Part shown: positions 26,369 through 35,809 of the stretch, in pieces
How the letters are laid out: each line of letters starts with the position of its first letter
How positions within the stretch are numbered: position 1 is the stretch's first letter
Source of the DNA: an uncultured delta proteobacterium
GTDB lineage: Bacteria > Myxococcota > Myxococcia > Myxococcales > Anaeromyxobacteraceae
Assembly: GCA_963828255.1 (NCBI GenBank)
Contig: CAWHDZ010000030.1
Span: 32,001-96,000 of the forward strand
DNA length: 64,000 bases
Direction: 5' to 3'
Translations under genes and position numbers: made by a program
The notes under the pieces: generated by a model
What the model saw: only the letters and a program-made list of their open reading frames with translations
Told to the model about the DNA's origin: nothing
The model's database searches: none

Positions 26369-27165
26369 TCAGAAGGCGAAGGTCATCGCGAAGGCGGGGG
26401 CGCGCAGCGCCGTGCCGGTCGAGGGGGCCGGGCTGGGGGGGTGGAACAACCGGGAAATGGCCCATCCCATGAGACCACCCAGGGCGGCGCCGACGAGGAC
26501 GTCGGAGAGCCAGTGCTGGTCGGCGCCGATCCGGAGGTAGGCGACGGCGGCGGAAAGCGTGAACCCCACGCCGGCCGCGATCCCGACGCCCGGGTAGCCG
26601 CGCATGGCGGCCACGGTGACGGTGGCCGCTGCGACCGAGAAGGCGAACGACGTGTGCCCCCCGGAGAAGGACAGGTGGTCCTCGCTCCTCGCGTACCCGA
26701 GGTCGTTTCCGAAGAACGCGTGCGGGCGCTGGCGACCCACGAGGAGCTTCACCACCTGGTTCACGAGCAGGGCCGCGGCGGCGGCCTGGGTCACGAGCAA
26801 CCTGTCCACCAGTCCGGCGTTCACGTCCCCGCCAGCGTTCGCGGAGAGGAGGAGGTAGGTCGCCGCCGAGGCCGGGATCACGGCGTCGATCACCGTGGAC
26901 AGGAGGTCGGCCGTTCGTTCCCCTCCCTCCCAGACCAGGGCGTTGCGGACGGCTGCGTCGATGGGCCCCGGCGTGCACCAGCGGCAGCTCTCCGGCAGGA
27001 GCCCGGGCTGGAAGACGGAGAGGAGGATCACCGAGACCCCATCGCGCCGGTGATCGATGCGTCGAGCGCGAGGTTGTACTGGAGCGGGACCGGGGGCTCG
27101 GCTCCGCGGGCCGGCGGGGCGACGGCGATCACGAGCGCCAGGGCGAGCGAGCGCAGGACGGGCAT
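26369..27165 (-). pseudogene. PAP2 phosphatase, frameshifted
   Basis: K..VGRQRP, SFSGGH, RIGADQHWLSDV; the signal-peptide start at 27165 is one base out of frame at the C4 run 27037-27040. Confidence 0.7.
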
Positions 27166-27204
27166 CGGCGTACCTTAGCACCGGGCGCGTGCTAGCTTCG
27201 GTCC

Positions 27205-27829
27205 ATGCGTCTCGCACCGGTCGCCGCCATCCTCTTGTCTCTGCCTGTCGGCGCCGGTGGCGCGCGCCGAGGACGACGCCCGGGCCGCACCGGCGAACGC
27301 CCCTCCCCCGACGCTCACCAGGCTCTCCTACGACTGGACGGTCGACGGCATCGTCACGGGAGGGCTCGTGGTGAGCACGCTCACGCTGCTCCTCCTGACC
27401 CAGGCGACCAGCCTCGCCATGCTCGTGAACGTGATCGTGAAGTACTCGGTGGGACGGTCCCGCCCGTACGTGTGGCACGGCACCCCAGATCTCTACCCGG
27501 CGTCCGTCTCCGACGCGAACGTCTCGTTCTTCGGTGGCCACACGACCTTCGTCTTCGCCGTGGTGGTGTCGGGGAGCACGCTGTTCTTCATGCAGGACAT
27601 GCCCGGAGCTCCCTGGGTGCTCGGCGTCGGACTCGCCGCGGCGAGCTTCACCGCCTACCTGCGAATGGCCGCGGAGAAGCACTACCTTTCCGACACCCTG
27701 GTCGGCGCGGGCGTGGGAAGCCTGATCGGCTGGGCGGTTCCCTATCTCTTCCACCGGCCGGGCAGGAAGGGCCCGCCGCAGGCCGGCGACCTCCTCCCCG
27801 CGCCCGGCGGGATCGCCATCGCCTGGTAG
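27205..27829 (+). pseudogene. PAP2 phosphatase paralogue, frameshifted and internally deleted
   Basis: KYSVGRSRP, SFFGGH, RMAAEKHYLSD; the ATG 27205 frame shifts near 27240; about 75 aa missing relative to the neighbouring paralogue. Confidence 0.65.
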
Positions 27830-27850
27830 ACCCCGCGGCGCCCGGCGCCG

Positions 27851-29884
27851 TCAATCGTTCGGGGCGATCTGGAAGCCCAGGTTCAAGCTCAGGATCTCCC
27901 CGGTGTCGAAGGGGCTCGCCTGCCAGGCCAGAGTGGGCGCCTGGACGAGCAACTCGATCATGCCCGCGGAGAGCGCCACGCCGATGCGGGAGCCCGCCTG
28001 GAGGTAGTACTGGTTCGGCGGGGAACCGCGTGCACCCGTCGAGGGGTCGTCGATCGGGATCCCCCGGACCTTCGGGCCCCCCTCGATCCGGACCGGGACG
28101 ATCGAGAGTCCGAGCCAGGCGAGGAAGTTCCACCGGACCTCGAGGGCGCCCGTGAGCGTCAGGTAGCTCGTGTCGGGGCTCGTGTTGCGGACTCCCATCT
28201 CCAGCGAGCCGCCGTAGGCGGTGGCCAGCCGGTCCCCCCAGGGGTTGCGATCCCACATGAGCCGGGCGCCCAGGGCGGCGAGCCCTCCCATCACCGCGCT
28301 GTCCGGCGCGGAGGCCTGGGGGATCGGCGTGGCGTCGAGGAACAGCGACCAGGTCGTCTCCCGCCCCTTCAGGCGGCCGAACCAGAGCGGCGCAGGAGCC
28401 CAATCGTCGTCGTGGACCGGGACGATCTCCTCGGAGTGCCGGGTGAGGTGTCCACCAGCGACTCTCTTCCGGGTGGGGGTGTAGCCCACGACCAACCCGA
28501 AGGACCAGTTGACGCGCACGTTGCGCCACTCGATCTCGACCGGGCCTTGCAGGGAGATGGAAAGGTTCTCGGTGGCGTGGAAGTCGAACATCAACCCCTG
28601 CGAGTAGATCTCCCACCCACTCCCCGATCCACCGAACGTGAAGCGCCCGCCGAGCGGGTAGAAGCCGATGGCCGACCGGTGGTCGATCGGCACGCCGAGG
28701 ATGAGCCCGGCCCCGACGACGCCCAGGTTGGCCGCCTCCCGGTACATGCGCCGGTAGCCGGCCTCGGCGTCGAGGCCGAACACGAACGGGCTCGCCTGCT
28801 GCGTCCACCGGAAGAGCCGGAAGGTTCCCGTGACGTCGTAGAAGCCCCGGGTCGGGTTGATGGTGGTCCCGCCACCGAAGAGCATGCCGCTGGCCTGGAC
28901 CAGCTCGGCCGGCTGCTTCGCCTGGCACTCCACCCCCTCGCAGGGATTCGACGGGGCGAACCAGCGGGCCTTGTACTCCTTCCAGGCCGCCGACTCCTGG
29001 GGATCGGCATGCACCCCGGGTGTGGCGCGGACCTTCGTGAGGCGGAGGTCGCGCACCAGGACGAGGAGCTCGACCAGCGCCCGCCGCGCATGGTCGCCCT
29101 CCTCGGAGAGGCAGGCGACGGGAACCGTGTAGGGGAGATTGATGAGCTCCTTGCAAGGGCGCCCCTTCACCATCGCGAAGGTCCGGATGTAGGCGCTGTC
29201 GCGCACGTCGGCCGCGTCGTGCTGCAGGGGGGAGTCGGCGTAGTAGTCGCTGAGGCGGCTCACCAGGAGCCCGGAGACGGGCCCCCAGACGCGCAGGTAG
29301 TCGACCTTCAGCGTTCCCGGGATGCGCTCCACGTGGGCGTAAGAGAAGGAGTCGGTCACGGTGTGCATGAGCTCGTACAGCCCGTAACCGCTCTCCCGGG
29401 TACCGGCGCCGCCCACCACGACCACCTGCCGCATCATGTCCTCGACCATGTTGGTGCAGCGGGCGACAGCGGTGGTCGCGAGGCCGCGCGGCACGTGCCG
29501 CCCGTCGAGCGGGACGGTGCCCTCGTCGGACAGCATCGCCATGAAGTGGATGCACTGTCCTGGCTTGCTGAACTGCCGGCTGTAGTTGTTGTCGGGGCGG
29601 TCCGTACGCGGCTGGGGCCACGCCAGGAGCGGATTCTCCGACACCGCCTCGAGGCAACGCTCCGGCTGGTTGGCCCCGAAGCAGAAGGGGGAGGCCAGCG
29701 CGCCGTCGTTGATGAGGTCGCGGAGGACTTCCGGCCGCGGCGGCTGGCCGTCGCCGCCCTCGAGCAGCGTCCGGTAGGCGAGCGCCTCGATGACCCGGTG
29801 CCCCTCGGTGTCGAAGGCGAGGCACCACCCGGGAGCGGCGAGGAGCGCAGCTCCGAGCAGGATCGATGTTCCTCGGGTCGACAC
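27851..29884 (-). CDS. Secreted protein: PLC/P1-nuclease-like N-terminus plus beta-strand-rich C-terminus
   Basis: Signal peptide, mature start 'FDTEGH', 'HF', 'HTVTDSFSYAH'; C-terminal half of alternating aromatic strands. Confidence 0.55.
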   Translation of the reverse strand: MSTRGTSILLGAALLAAPGWCLAFDTEGHRVIEALAYRTLLEGGDGQPPRPEVLRDLINDGALASPFCFGANQPERCLEAVSENPLLAWPQPRTDRPDNNYSRQFSKPGQCIHFMAMLSDEGTVPLDGRHVPRGLATTAVARCTNMVEDMMRQVVVVGGAGTRESGYGLYELMHTVTDSFSYAHVERIPGTLKVDYLRVWGPVSGLLVSRLSDYYADSPLQHDAADVRDSAYIRTFAMVKGRPCKELINLPYTVPVACLSEEGDHARRALVELLVLVRDLRLTKVRATPGVHADPQESAAWKEYKARWFAPSNPCEGVECQAKQPAELVQASGMLFGGGTTINPTRGFYDVTGTFRLFRWTQQASPFVFGLDAEAGYRRMYREAANLGVVGAGLILGVPIDHRSAIGFYPLGGRFTFGGSGSGWEIYSQGLMFDFHATENLSISLQGPVEIEWRNVRVNWSFGLVVGYTPTRKRVAGGHLTRHSEEIVPVHDDDWAPAPLWFGRLKGRETTWSLFLDATPIPQASAPDSAVMGGLAALGARLMWDRNPWGDRLATAYGGSLEMGVRNTSPDTSYLTLTGALEVRWNFLAWLGLSIVPVRIEGGPKVRGIPIDDPSTGARGSPPNQYYLQAGSRIGVALSAGMIELLVQAPTLAWQASPFDTGEILSLNLGFQIAPND

Positions 29885-29991
29885 GGGCGTCTCCTTCCGT
29901 CGACGGCGCGGAAGACTAGACCGCCCCTCCGCATCGGAAGGCAAACGGGTCCCGAACACCCCCGGGCAACGGAGTAGATTGCCCCCTCGCC

Positions 29992-31863
29992 GTGATCGAG
30001 CCCATCGACCTCACTGCCCACCTGGCCCGTCTCGCCAGCCTCCTCGGCGCGGAGCGGGAGGAGGAGAAGGCGCGTCTCGCCGACGCCGCAGCGCGGCTCA
30101 GCCTCGCCGAGCGCGAGGCCCGGGGCCTGGCCCTCGCCGACGTGGAGGCGCTCGACGAGGCGGTCCTGGCCGGCCGGGCGCTCGTCACCTACGGACGGCC
30201 CGGACGGCCGCTCGGCGCGTCGCGCATCGGAGTGGGGGCGCTGGTGCGGGTGGAGCTGCGCCGGGAGAAGCGGGACGATGCGCCTGCGGGCGTGGTGGCG
30301 CGCCGCAGCCGGGACCGGGTCGCCGTCGCCTTCGACGAGCCACCGCCGGACTGGGCCACCTCGGGGCGGGTCTCCCTCGAGCTCGTGCCCTCGCCGGTGA
30401 CGTGGGAGCGGCTCTCCGCCGGGCTCCGGCGGGTGGGGTCCGAGGACGGAAAGCGCTGGCACGCGGTGCTCCGCGGGGAGGCGCCGCGCTTCCTTCCGCG
30501 GCCACGCGGGCCGGCTCTGCCCACGAGCCTGGCCCCGGAGCAGGAGGCAGCGCTCGACCTGGCGGACCGGGCACTCGACCTCGCGCTCGTCCACGGTCCA
30601 CCCGGAACCGGAAAGACCACCGTGCTCGTCGAGGTGATCCGGCGCGCCGTGGCGCGCGGGGAGAGGGTGCTCGCCGCGGCGCCCTCCAACCTGGCCGCCG
30701 ACAACCTGCTCGAGCGGCTGGTCGCGGCCGGGGTGGACGGCGTGCGCGTCGGCCACCCGGCGCGCGTGGTGCCGGCCCTGCTCGACCGGACGCTGGAGGC
30801 CCGGGTGGAGGGGCACGAGGCGGTGCTCATCGCAGCCGGGCTCGTCGAGGAGGCCCTCTCGCTCCGGCGCGAAGCGCGCAAGCGGCGGGAGAAGCGCGGG
30901 CCGGGGCGTTTCAGCGAGGCGCGCGACGCCGAGCGGAGGGCCCGGGAGCTGCTCGCCGAGGCCCGCAGGCTCGAGGACCGGGCCGAGCGGGACGTGCTCG
31001 ACCGGGCGCCGGTGGTGGTGGCGACCCTCACCGGCGTGGACGCCCCGGTCCTCTCGGGGCGACGCTTCGTGCTCGCCGCCGTGGACGAGGCCACCCAGGC
31101 GGTGGAGCCGGCGGCCATCCTGGCGCTGCTCCGCGCCGATCGCGCCGTCCTGGCAGGCGACCACCTCCAGCTCCCGCCCACCGTCATCTCGGCGGCGGCG
31201 GCCGCGGGCGGGCTCGGGGTCTCCCTCTTCGAGCGGCTGGCCCACGCCCACGGGGATGCGGCCATGGTCACCCTCGTCGAGCAGCGGCGGATGAACGAGG
31301 CCATCATGCGGTTCCCGTCGCAAGCCATGTACGGAGGGCGCCTGCGGGCCCACCCGTCGGTGGCCGGGTGGAAGCTCGACGAGGAGCCGCTGCTCTTCGT
31401 GGACACCGCAGGAACGGGATTCGAGGAGGGAACGCCGGAGGGCTCCGACTCGCGCCACAACGAGGGGGAGGCGGAGCTGGTCGCGCGCGAGGTGGAGCGG
31501 ATCCTCGCGCTCGGCGTCGCGCCGGGCGACGTGGCGGTGATCTCCCCGTACGACGCGCAGGTGCAGCGGCTCCGGCAGATTCTCGCGACGCGCGTGGAGG
31601 AGGGGGTGGAGGTGGACTCGGTGGACGGGTTCCAGGGGCGCGAGAAGGACGCGGTGGTGGTGTCGCTGGTGCGCTCGAACGACCTCGGCGAGGTGGGGTT
31701 CCTCTCCGACGTGCGGCGCATGAACGTGGCCATCACGCGGGCGCGCAAGAAGCTCGTCGTGGTCGGCGACTCGGCCACCGTGGCCCGCCATCCCTTCTAC
31801 GAGGCGTTCGTGCGGCACGCGCAGGACGTCGGGGCGTGGGTCTCGGCGTGCGGGCGCGAGTAG
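29992..31863 (+). CDS. SF1 helicase, IGHMBP2/Upf1-like
   Basis: GPPGTGKT, DEATQ, GDHLQLPP, SLFERL, VDGFQGRE, RRMNVAITRA. Confidence 0.92.
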   Translation: MIEPIDLTAHLARLASLLGAEREEEKARLADAAARLSLAEREARGLALADVEALDEAVLAGRALVTYGRPGRPLGASRIGVGALVRVELRREKRDDAPAGVVARRSRDRVAVAFDEPPPDWATSGRVSLELVPSPVTWERLSAGLRRVGSEDGKRWHAVLRGEAPRFLPRPRGPALPTSLAPEQEAALDLADRALDLALVHGPPGTGKTTVLVEVIRRAVARGERVLAAAPSNLAADNLLERLVAAGVDGVRVGHPARVVPALLDRTLEARVEGHEAVLIAAGLVEEALSLRREARKRREKRGPGRFSEARDAERRARELLAEARRLEDRAERDVLDRAPVVVATLTGVDAPVLSGRRFVLAAVDEATQAVEPAAILALLRADRAVLAGDHLQLPPTVISAAAAAGGLGVSLFERLAHAHGDAAMVTLVEQRRMNEAIMRFPSQAMYGGRLRAHPSVAGWKLDEEPLLFVDTAGTGFEEGTPEGSDSRHNEGEAELVAREVERILALGVAPGDVAVISPYDAQVQRLRQILATRVEEGVEVDSVDGFQGREKDAVVVSLVRSNDLGEVGFLSDVRRMNVAITRARKKLVVVGDSATVARHPFYEAFVRHAQDVGAWVSACGRE

Positions 31864-32083
31864 CGTGCGCGGGGCGCCTTCGTTCCGTCAGGCCGGCTGC
31901 CGCCGGCGCCTGGGCGTCCCTCTCCGCGGCGCTGGTCCTCCCGGCGGTGTCGTTCACTTCGCGTGAATGGCGCCGGGTCACACCGGGCCAGAGCATCGCC
32001 AGTACCCGGCGCCCGGTGCGGGGCGCCGCTCGAGGGACGCCCGCGCCGGCTGGGACGGCCCGGGCCGAAGGCGACGCGAACGC
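31863..32083 (+). ncRNA. Unidentified highly structured element (long stem capped by two hairpins)
   Basis: Nested perfect arms of 8, 5, 8, 11 and 7 bp plus two inner hairpins; G.U pairs favour the + strand. Confidence 0.4.
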
Positions 32084-32347
32084 GCGCTTCGAGGGGAGCG
32101 TCGGCGCGCCGCGGCGACGCCCCTCCACCAGGCGCCCGGGGCGCCTCGGCGCGGGCCGCCTCCGCAGCGCCTCATCGAAGTCCCCGGTCGGCGCGGCCCC
32201 GAGGCGGATGCGTCGCCCTGTCGCCGCGACCACGCGTACCCCGGGGCGCGAGGACAAGCGGCGCGGAGACGAGGCGCACCCCCGGGCGCCGGCCGGCGCT
32301 GGACGTCACCCGCTGCGCCGGCCGTCCCCCTGGATTACGCTCGTCTC

Positions 32348-33151
32348 ATGCTCCGCCGGACCTTTCAATTGACGAGTGGCATCGGCCCGTGGCGCGAGCG
32401 CCAGCTCTGGTCGCAGGGCGTCGCCACCTGGGACGACCTGGAGGCACGCCGGGGCGCGGCCACGTCGCGGCTCGACGGGCGGCTCGTCGAGGCGGTGGCG
32501 CGCGCACGGGAGGCGCTGGCCCGGTGCGACGCGGGGACGCTCGCGGCCATGATGCCGTCGCGCGAGCGGTGGAGGCTCCTCCCCACGTTCGCGGAGGACG
32601 CGGCGTTCCTCGACATCGAGACCGACGGCGGCGACACCGTCACCGCGGTGGCCGTGCTCGATCGCTCCGGCCCGCGCGTCTTCCTGCGCGGCCGCGACCT
32701 CGACGACTTCCCCGACGCGAGCCGGGGCTGGAAGCTCCTCGTCACCTTCAACGGCCTCTCCTTCGACGTGCCGGTGCTCCGACGCGCCTTCCCGGGCTGG
32801 CGCCCGCCGCCGGCCCACGTCGACCTGCGCCACCTGTGGGCGCGGCTGGGTCACCGCGGAGGCCTGAAGCTCCTCGAGGAGGCGCAGGGCATCGGCCGTC
32901 CGCAGCACCTGGCCGGCCTGGGGGGCTGGGACGCCGTGCTCCTCTGGCGCCGCCACGAGCAGGGTGACCGCGCCGCGCTCCGGCTCCTCGTCGAGTACAA
33001 CCTCCACGACGCCGTGAACCTTCAGGCGCTCGCCGCGCTCGGCTACAACCGGATCGTCGAGCGGCTGGGGCTCCCGGCCGCTCCGGTTCCCGTCACGCGC
33101 CGCGGCGACTGGCTCCTCGACATGTCCCGCCAGCTCCTCGCCCTCGGATGA
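32348..33151 (+). CDS. RNase H-like (YprB-type) exonuclease domain protein
   Basis: N-terminal HhH-like GIG, FLDIET, TFNG..FD, LK..E, YNLHD. Confidence 0.85.
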   Translation: MLRRTFQLTSGIGPWRERQLWSQGVATWDDLEARRGAATSRLDGRLVEAVARAREALARCDAGTLAAMMPSRERWRLLPTFAEDAAFLDIETDGGDTVTAVAVLDRSGPRVFLRGRDLDDFPDASRGWKLLVTFNGLSFDVPVLRRAFPGWRPPPAHVDLRHLWARLGHRGGLKLLEEAQGIGRPQHLAGLGGWDAVLLWRRHEQGDRAALRLLVEYNLHDAVNLQALAALGYNRIVERLGLPAAPVPVTRRGDWLLDMSRQLLALG

Positions 33152-34164
33152 ACCCCGCCGCCCCGCTCCTGCTCGCCGCACTGGCGTCGGCCGCGGAGCC
33201 CCCCGCGCCGCCCCAGCCGCGCGACGAGGAGGGGCGCTTCCTCAACCTGGACCCGCGGGAGTCGCACGGGTTCGGCGACCTCCTCCGCTGGCAGATCCTG
33301 GACCGGATCGACGGGACCAAGCGCTCGAGCCCCGACCGGGCTCCCGTGCCCACCGTCGCGCCCGACCGGGAGCGGCTCCGCGAGCCGCCGGCGCGCGGCG
33401 AGGGGGCGCGGATCACCTGGCTCGGCCATGCCAGCTTCCTCGTCCAGCTGGACGGCGTTTCACTGCTCGTGGATCCGGTGCTCGGCGACCGGATGGGGCC
33501 GGGAGGCGTGGTGGGGCGCAACGTGCCGCCCGCGCTGCGCCCCGAGGAGCTTCCCCGCATCGACCTCTCCCTCGTCTCCCACGACCACTGGGACCACATG
33601 GACGTGCCCACCCTCCGCGCGGTCGGCGCGCCGGTGCTGGCCGGCCTGGAGACGGACGGCCCGCTGGCGCGGGAGAAGGTGGTCCACAGGGGGCTGCGCT
33701 GGTGGCAGTCGGTGAAGTTCCGCGGCGTGACCATCACCTTCGTCCCGGCGCAGCACTTCTCCGGGCGCGGCCTGGGCAACCGCGACCGCACCCTCTGGGG
33801 CGGATGGGTGATCCAGGGTCCGTCCGCGACGCTCTACCACTCCGGCGACACGGCCTACTTCTCCGGCTTCAAGGAGATCGCGCGCCGCTTCCCGGGGATC
33901 GACGTGGCCATGCTCCCCATCGGGGCCTACGACCCGCGCTGGTTCATGGAATCGGTCCACGTGGACCCCGAGCAGGCGGTGCAGGCCTTCGAGGACCTGG
34001 GCGCGCGCACCTTCGTGGCCATGCACTGGGGCACGTTCAAGCAGGCGGACGAGCCGCTCGACGAACCGCCCGTCCGGCTCGAGGCAGAACGGGTCCGCAG
34101 GTCCATCCCCCCGGAACGGATCCTGGTGCTGGCGATCGGCGAGACCCTGGAGGTCCGTCGCTGA
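33148..34164 (+). CDS. MBL-fold metallo-hydrolase (NAPE-PLD-like)
   Basis: WLGHAS, SHDHWDH, PAQHFSGR, GDT, PIGAY, HWGTF. Confidence 0.88.
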   Translation: MNPAAPLLLAALASAAEPPAPPQPRDEEGRFLNLDPRESHGFGDLLRWQILDRIDGTKRSSPDRAPVPTVAPDRERLREPPARGEGARITWLGHASFLVQLDGVSLLVDPVLGDRMGPGGVVGRNVPPALRPEELPRIDLSLVSHDHWDHMDVPTLRAVGAPVLAGLETDGPLAREKVVHRGLRWWQSVKFRGVTITFVPAQHFSGRGLGNRDRTLWGGWVIQGPSATLYHSGDTAYFSGFKEIARRFPGIDVAMLPIGAYDPRWFMESVHVDPEQAVQAFEDLGARTFVAMHWGTFKQADEPLDEPPVRLEAERVRRSIPPERILVLAIGETLEVRR

Positions 34165-34330
34165 GGTCACGGGCTCGTCGGCCGCGCCCCAAAAGGGCCG
34201 CCCCCCGGGACCCACATTCACCTCCAGCAACGATTCCACCCGGGTGATGCGTCGCCGCCGGTTCGTCCGGGGGGCTACAATCGAAAGACGACCGTCGGCC
34301 TTCTCCGGCCGCGCTCGGAGAGGACCCCCC

Positions 34331-35776
34331 GTGCCCGACGCCCCGCAGCAGCTCCTGGCCGCATCCTTCGAACGCACCGTGGGTGATCGGTTGCTGGCCG
34401 CCGAGCGGCTCACCGCCTGGCTGCCCGAGATCCTGGGCGGCGCGCTCGAGAACGTGGACCTGGGCTACAGCCCGGCCACGCGTTCCTTCCTGGTGGTGGC
34501 GCGGACCCGGGGGCTCTCCGCCGAGGCCGAGGCCAGGTTTCACTACTGGTGCGCACGGGCCGGTGGGATGCCCTGGAACCTGACCACGGGCAGGGCCGAC
34601 GACCGCCGGATGCTCGAGGAGCGGGCCGCCCGCTGCGAGGTCCGGTCGGTGGAGGTCCCGGCCCGCAGCGTCCCCGACGCCGCCGCCCGGATCGCCAACG
34701 TGGCCGGGGCGCCCCCCGACCGCCGGGCCGCCTCCGACGCCCGACCCACCCTCTCCATGGACGCCGGGAGCGCCGCGTTCGCCGCGGTCACCTGGGACCC
34801 CGCCGTCCGCCGCCTCTTCATCCCCGGGGTGAGCGCACCGCCGCTGGGCGACGTGGTGAACGTCCTCCTGCGCGTCCCCCGCATGGACCGCCCCCTGGAG
34901 GCGAGCGCCCGCGTCGTCGAGGTCCGCGACGAGAAGGACGCGGCGCCCGGCAAGGCGGCCGGGTTCGGCCTCTCCTTCGAGGAGCTCCCGCCCATCCTGG
35001 CTGCGGCGCTGGCCACCCACGCCACGAGCATCCACGACCCGGGCGTGAACTTGCGCATCGCGCCCCGCTACACCGTGAATGCGCCGGTCAAGGTCAAGCC
35101 GGACGAGGGGCTCACCGCGCGCCTCGAGTACGCCAGGCCGGAGGAGTTCGCCGCCGACTACGTGGAGAACCTGTCGCAGGGAGGCGCTTTCGTCCGGACC
35201 AGCTCGGTCCTGCCCGAGGGGACGAAGCTCACCCTGGACATGCGGCTCCCCGGCGGCACCCAGCTCCGCGCCCCGGCGACGGTGATGTTCCGCAACCCCC
35301 GCGGCATGGGGGTGAAGATCGAGCTCGACGAGGACGGCCGGCAGAAGCTCGCGGCGGTCCTGGCCCGCATCGCGGCGCGGCCGCGCCGGGCCCTGGTGGT
35401 GGACGACGACGCGCTCATCCTGCGCGCCCTCACCGACTCGCTGCAGGCCCGCGGCTTCGAGGTGCTCACGGCCAGGGACGGGCAGGAGGGGTTGCAGGTC
35501 GTCGCCGACGAGCTGCTCACGCTCGACCTGCTCGTCACCGACGTCCGCATGCCGGTCATGGACGGAGAGAGATTCGTGCGCACCATCCGCGGCGCGGGCG
35601 GCGAGTCGGAGCTCGCCATCGTGGTCATCGCCGGGACGCTCGACGAGGCCCTGGAGAGGCGCATGGAGACGGCCGGCGCGGACGCCGTCCTCGACAAGGC
35701 CCTCGGCCCGGAGGACCTCGCCGCCGCAGCCGACGCCGCTCTGGAACGCAAGCGGCTCGTCGTGCCCCCCTCGTAG
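34331..35776 (+). CDS. PilZ-domain response regulator
   Basis: RIAPR and ENLSQGG PilZ motifs; C-terminal REC domain (VDDD, TDVRMP, K). Confidence 0.75.
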   Translation: MPDAPQQLLAASFERTVGDRLLAAERLTAWLPEILGGALENVDLGYSPATRSFLVVARTRGLSAEAEARFHYWCARAGGMPWNLTTGRADDRRMLEERAARCEVRSVEVPARSVPDAAARIANVAGAPPDRRAASDARPTLSMDAGSAAFAAVTWDPAVRRLFIPGVSAPPLGDVVNVLLRVPRMDRPLEASARVVEVRDEKDAAPGKAAGFGLSFEELPPILAAALATHATSIHDPGVNLRIAPRYTVNAPVKVKPDEGLTARLEYARPEEFAADYVENLSQGGAFVRTSSVLPEGTKLTLDMRLPGGTQLRAPATVMFRNPRGMGVKIELDEDGRQKLAAVLARIAARPRRALVVDDDALILRALTDSLQARGFEVLTARDGQEGLQVVADELLTLDLLVTDVRMPVMDGERFVRTIRGAGGESELAIVVIAGTLDEALERRMETAGADAVLDKALGPEDLAAAADAALERKRLVVPPS

Positions 35777-35809
35777 CGCCAAGCGGCCGCCGGGGCCCAA
35801 GCCAGCGGG

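Noticed and set aside
27020..27045. Selenocysteine readthrough of the TGA in the PAP2 gene
   Set aside because: The downstream homologous sequence is in a different frame, so this is a frameshift, not readthrough.
31863..32290. SRP RNA, 6S RNA, RNase P or tmRNA as the identity of the structured region
   Set aside because: The SRP, RNase P and tmRNA motifs (GGAAGGAAGCAG loop, GAGGAAAGTCC, tRNA-like ends) are absent, and the fold and gene context do not fit 6S.
29992..34164. Helicase-exonuclease-MBL trio as an anti-phage defence system
   Set aside because: Host-like composition, common stand-alone families, a signal peptide on the MBL protein and a 480-bp gap after the helicase; there is no positive evidence for defence.
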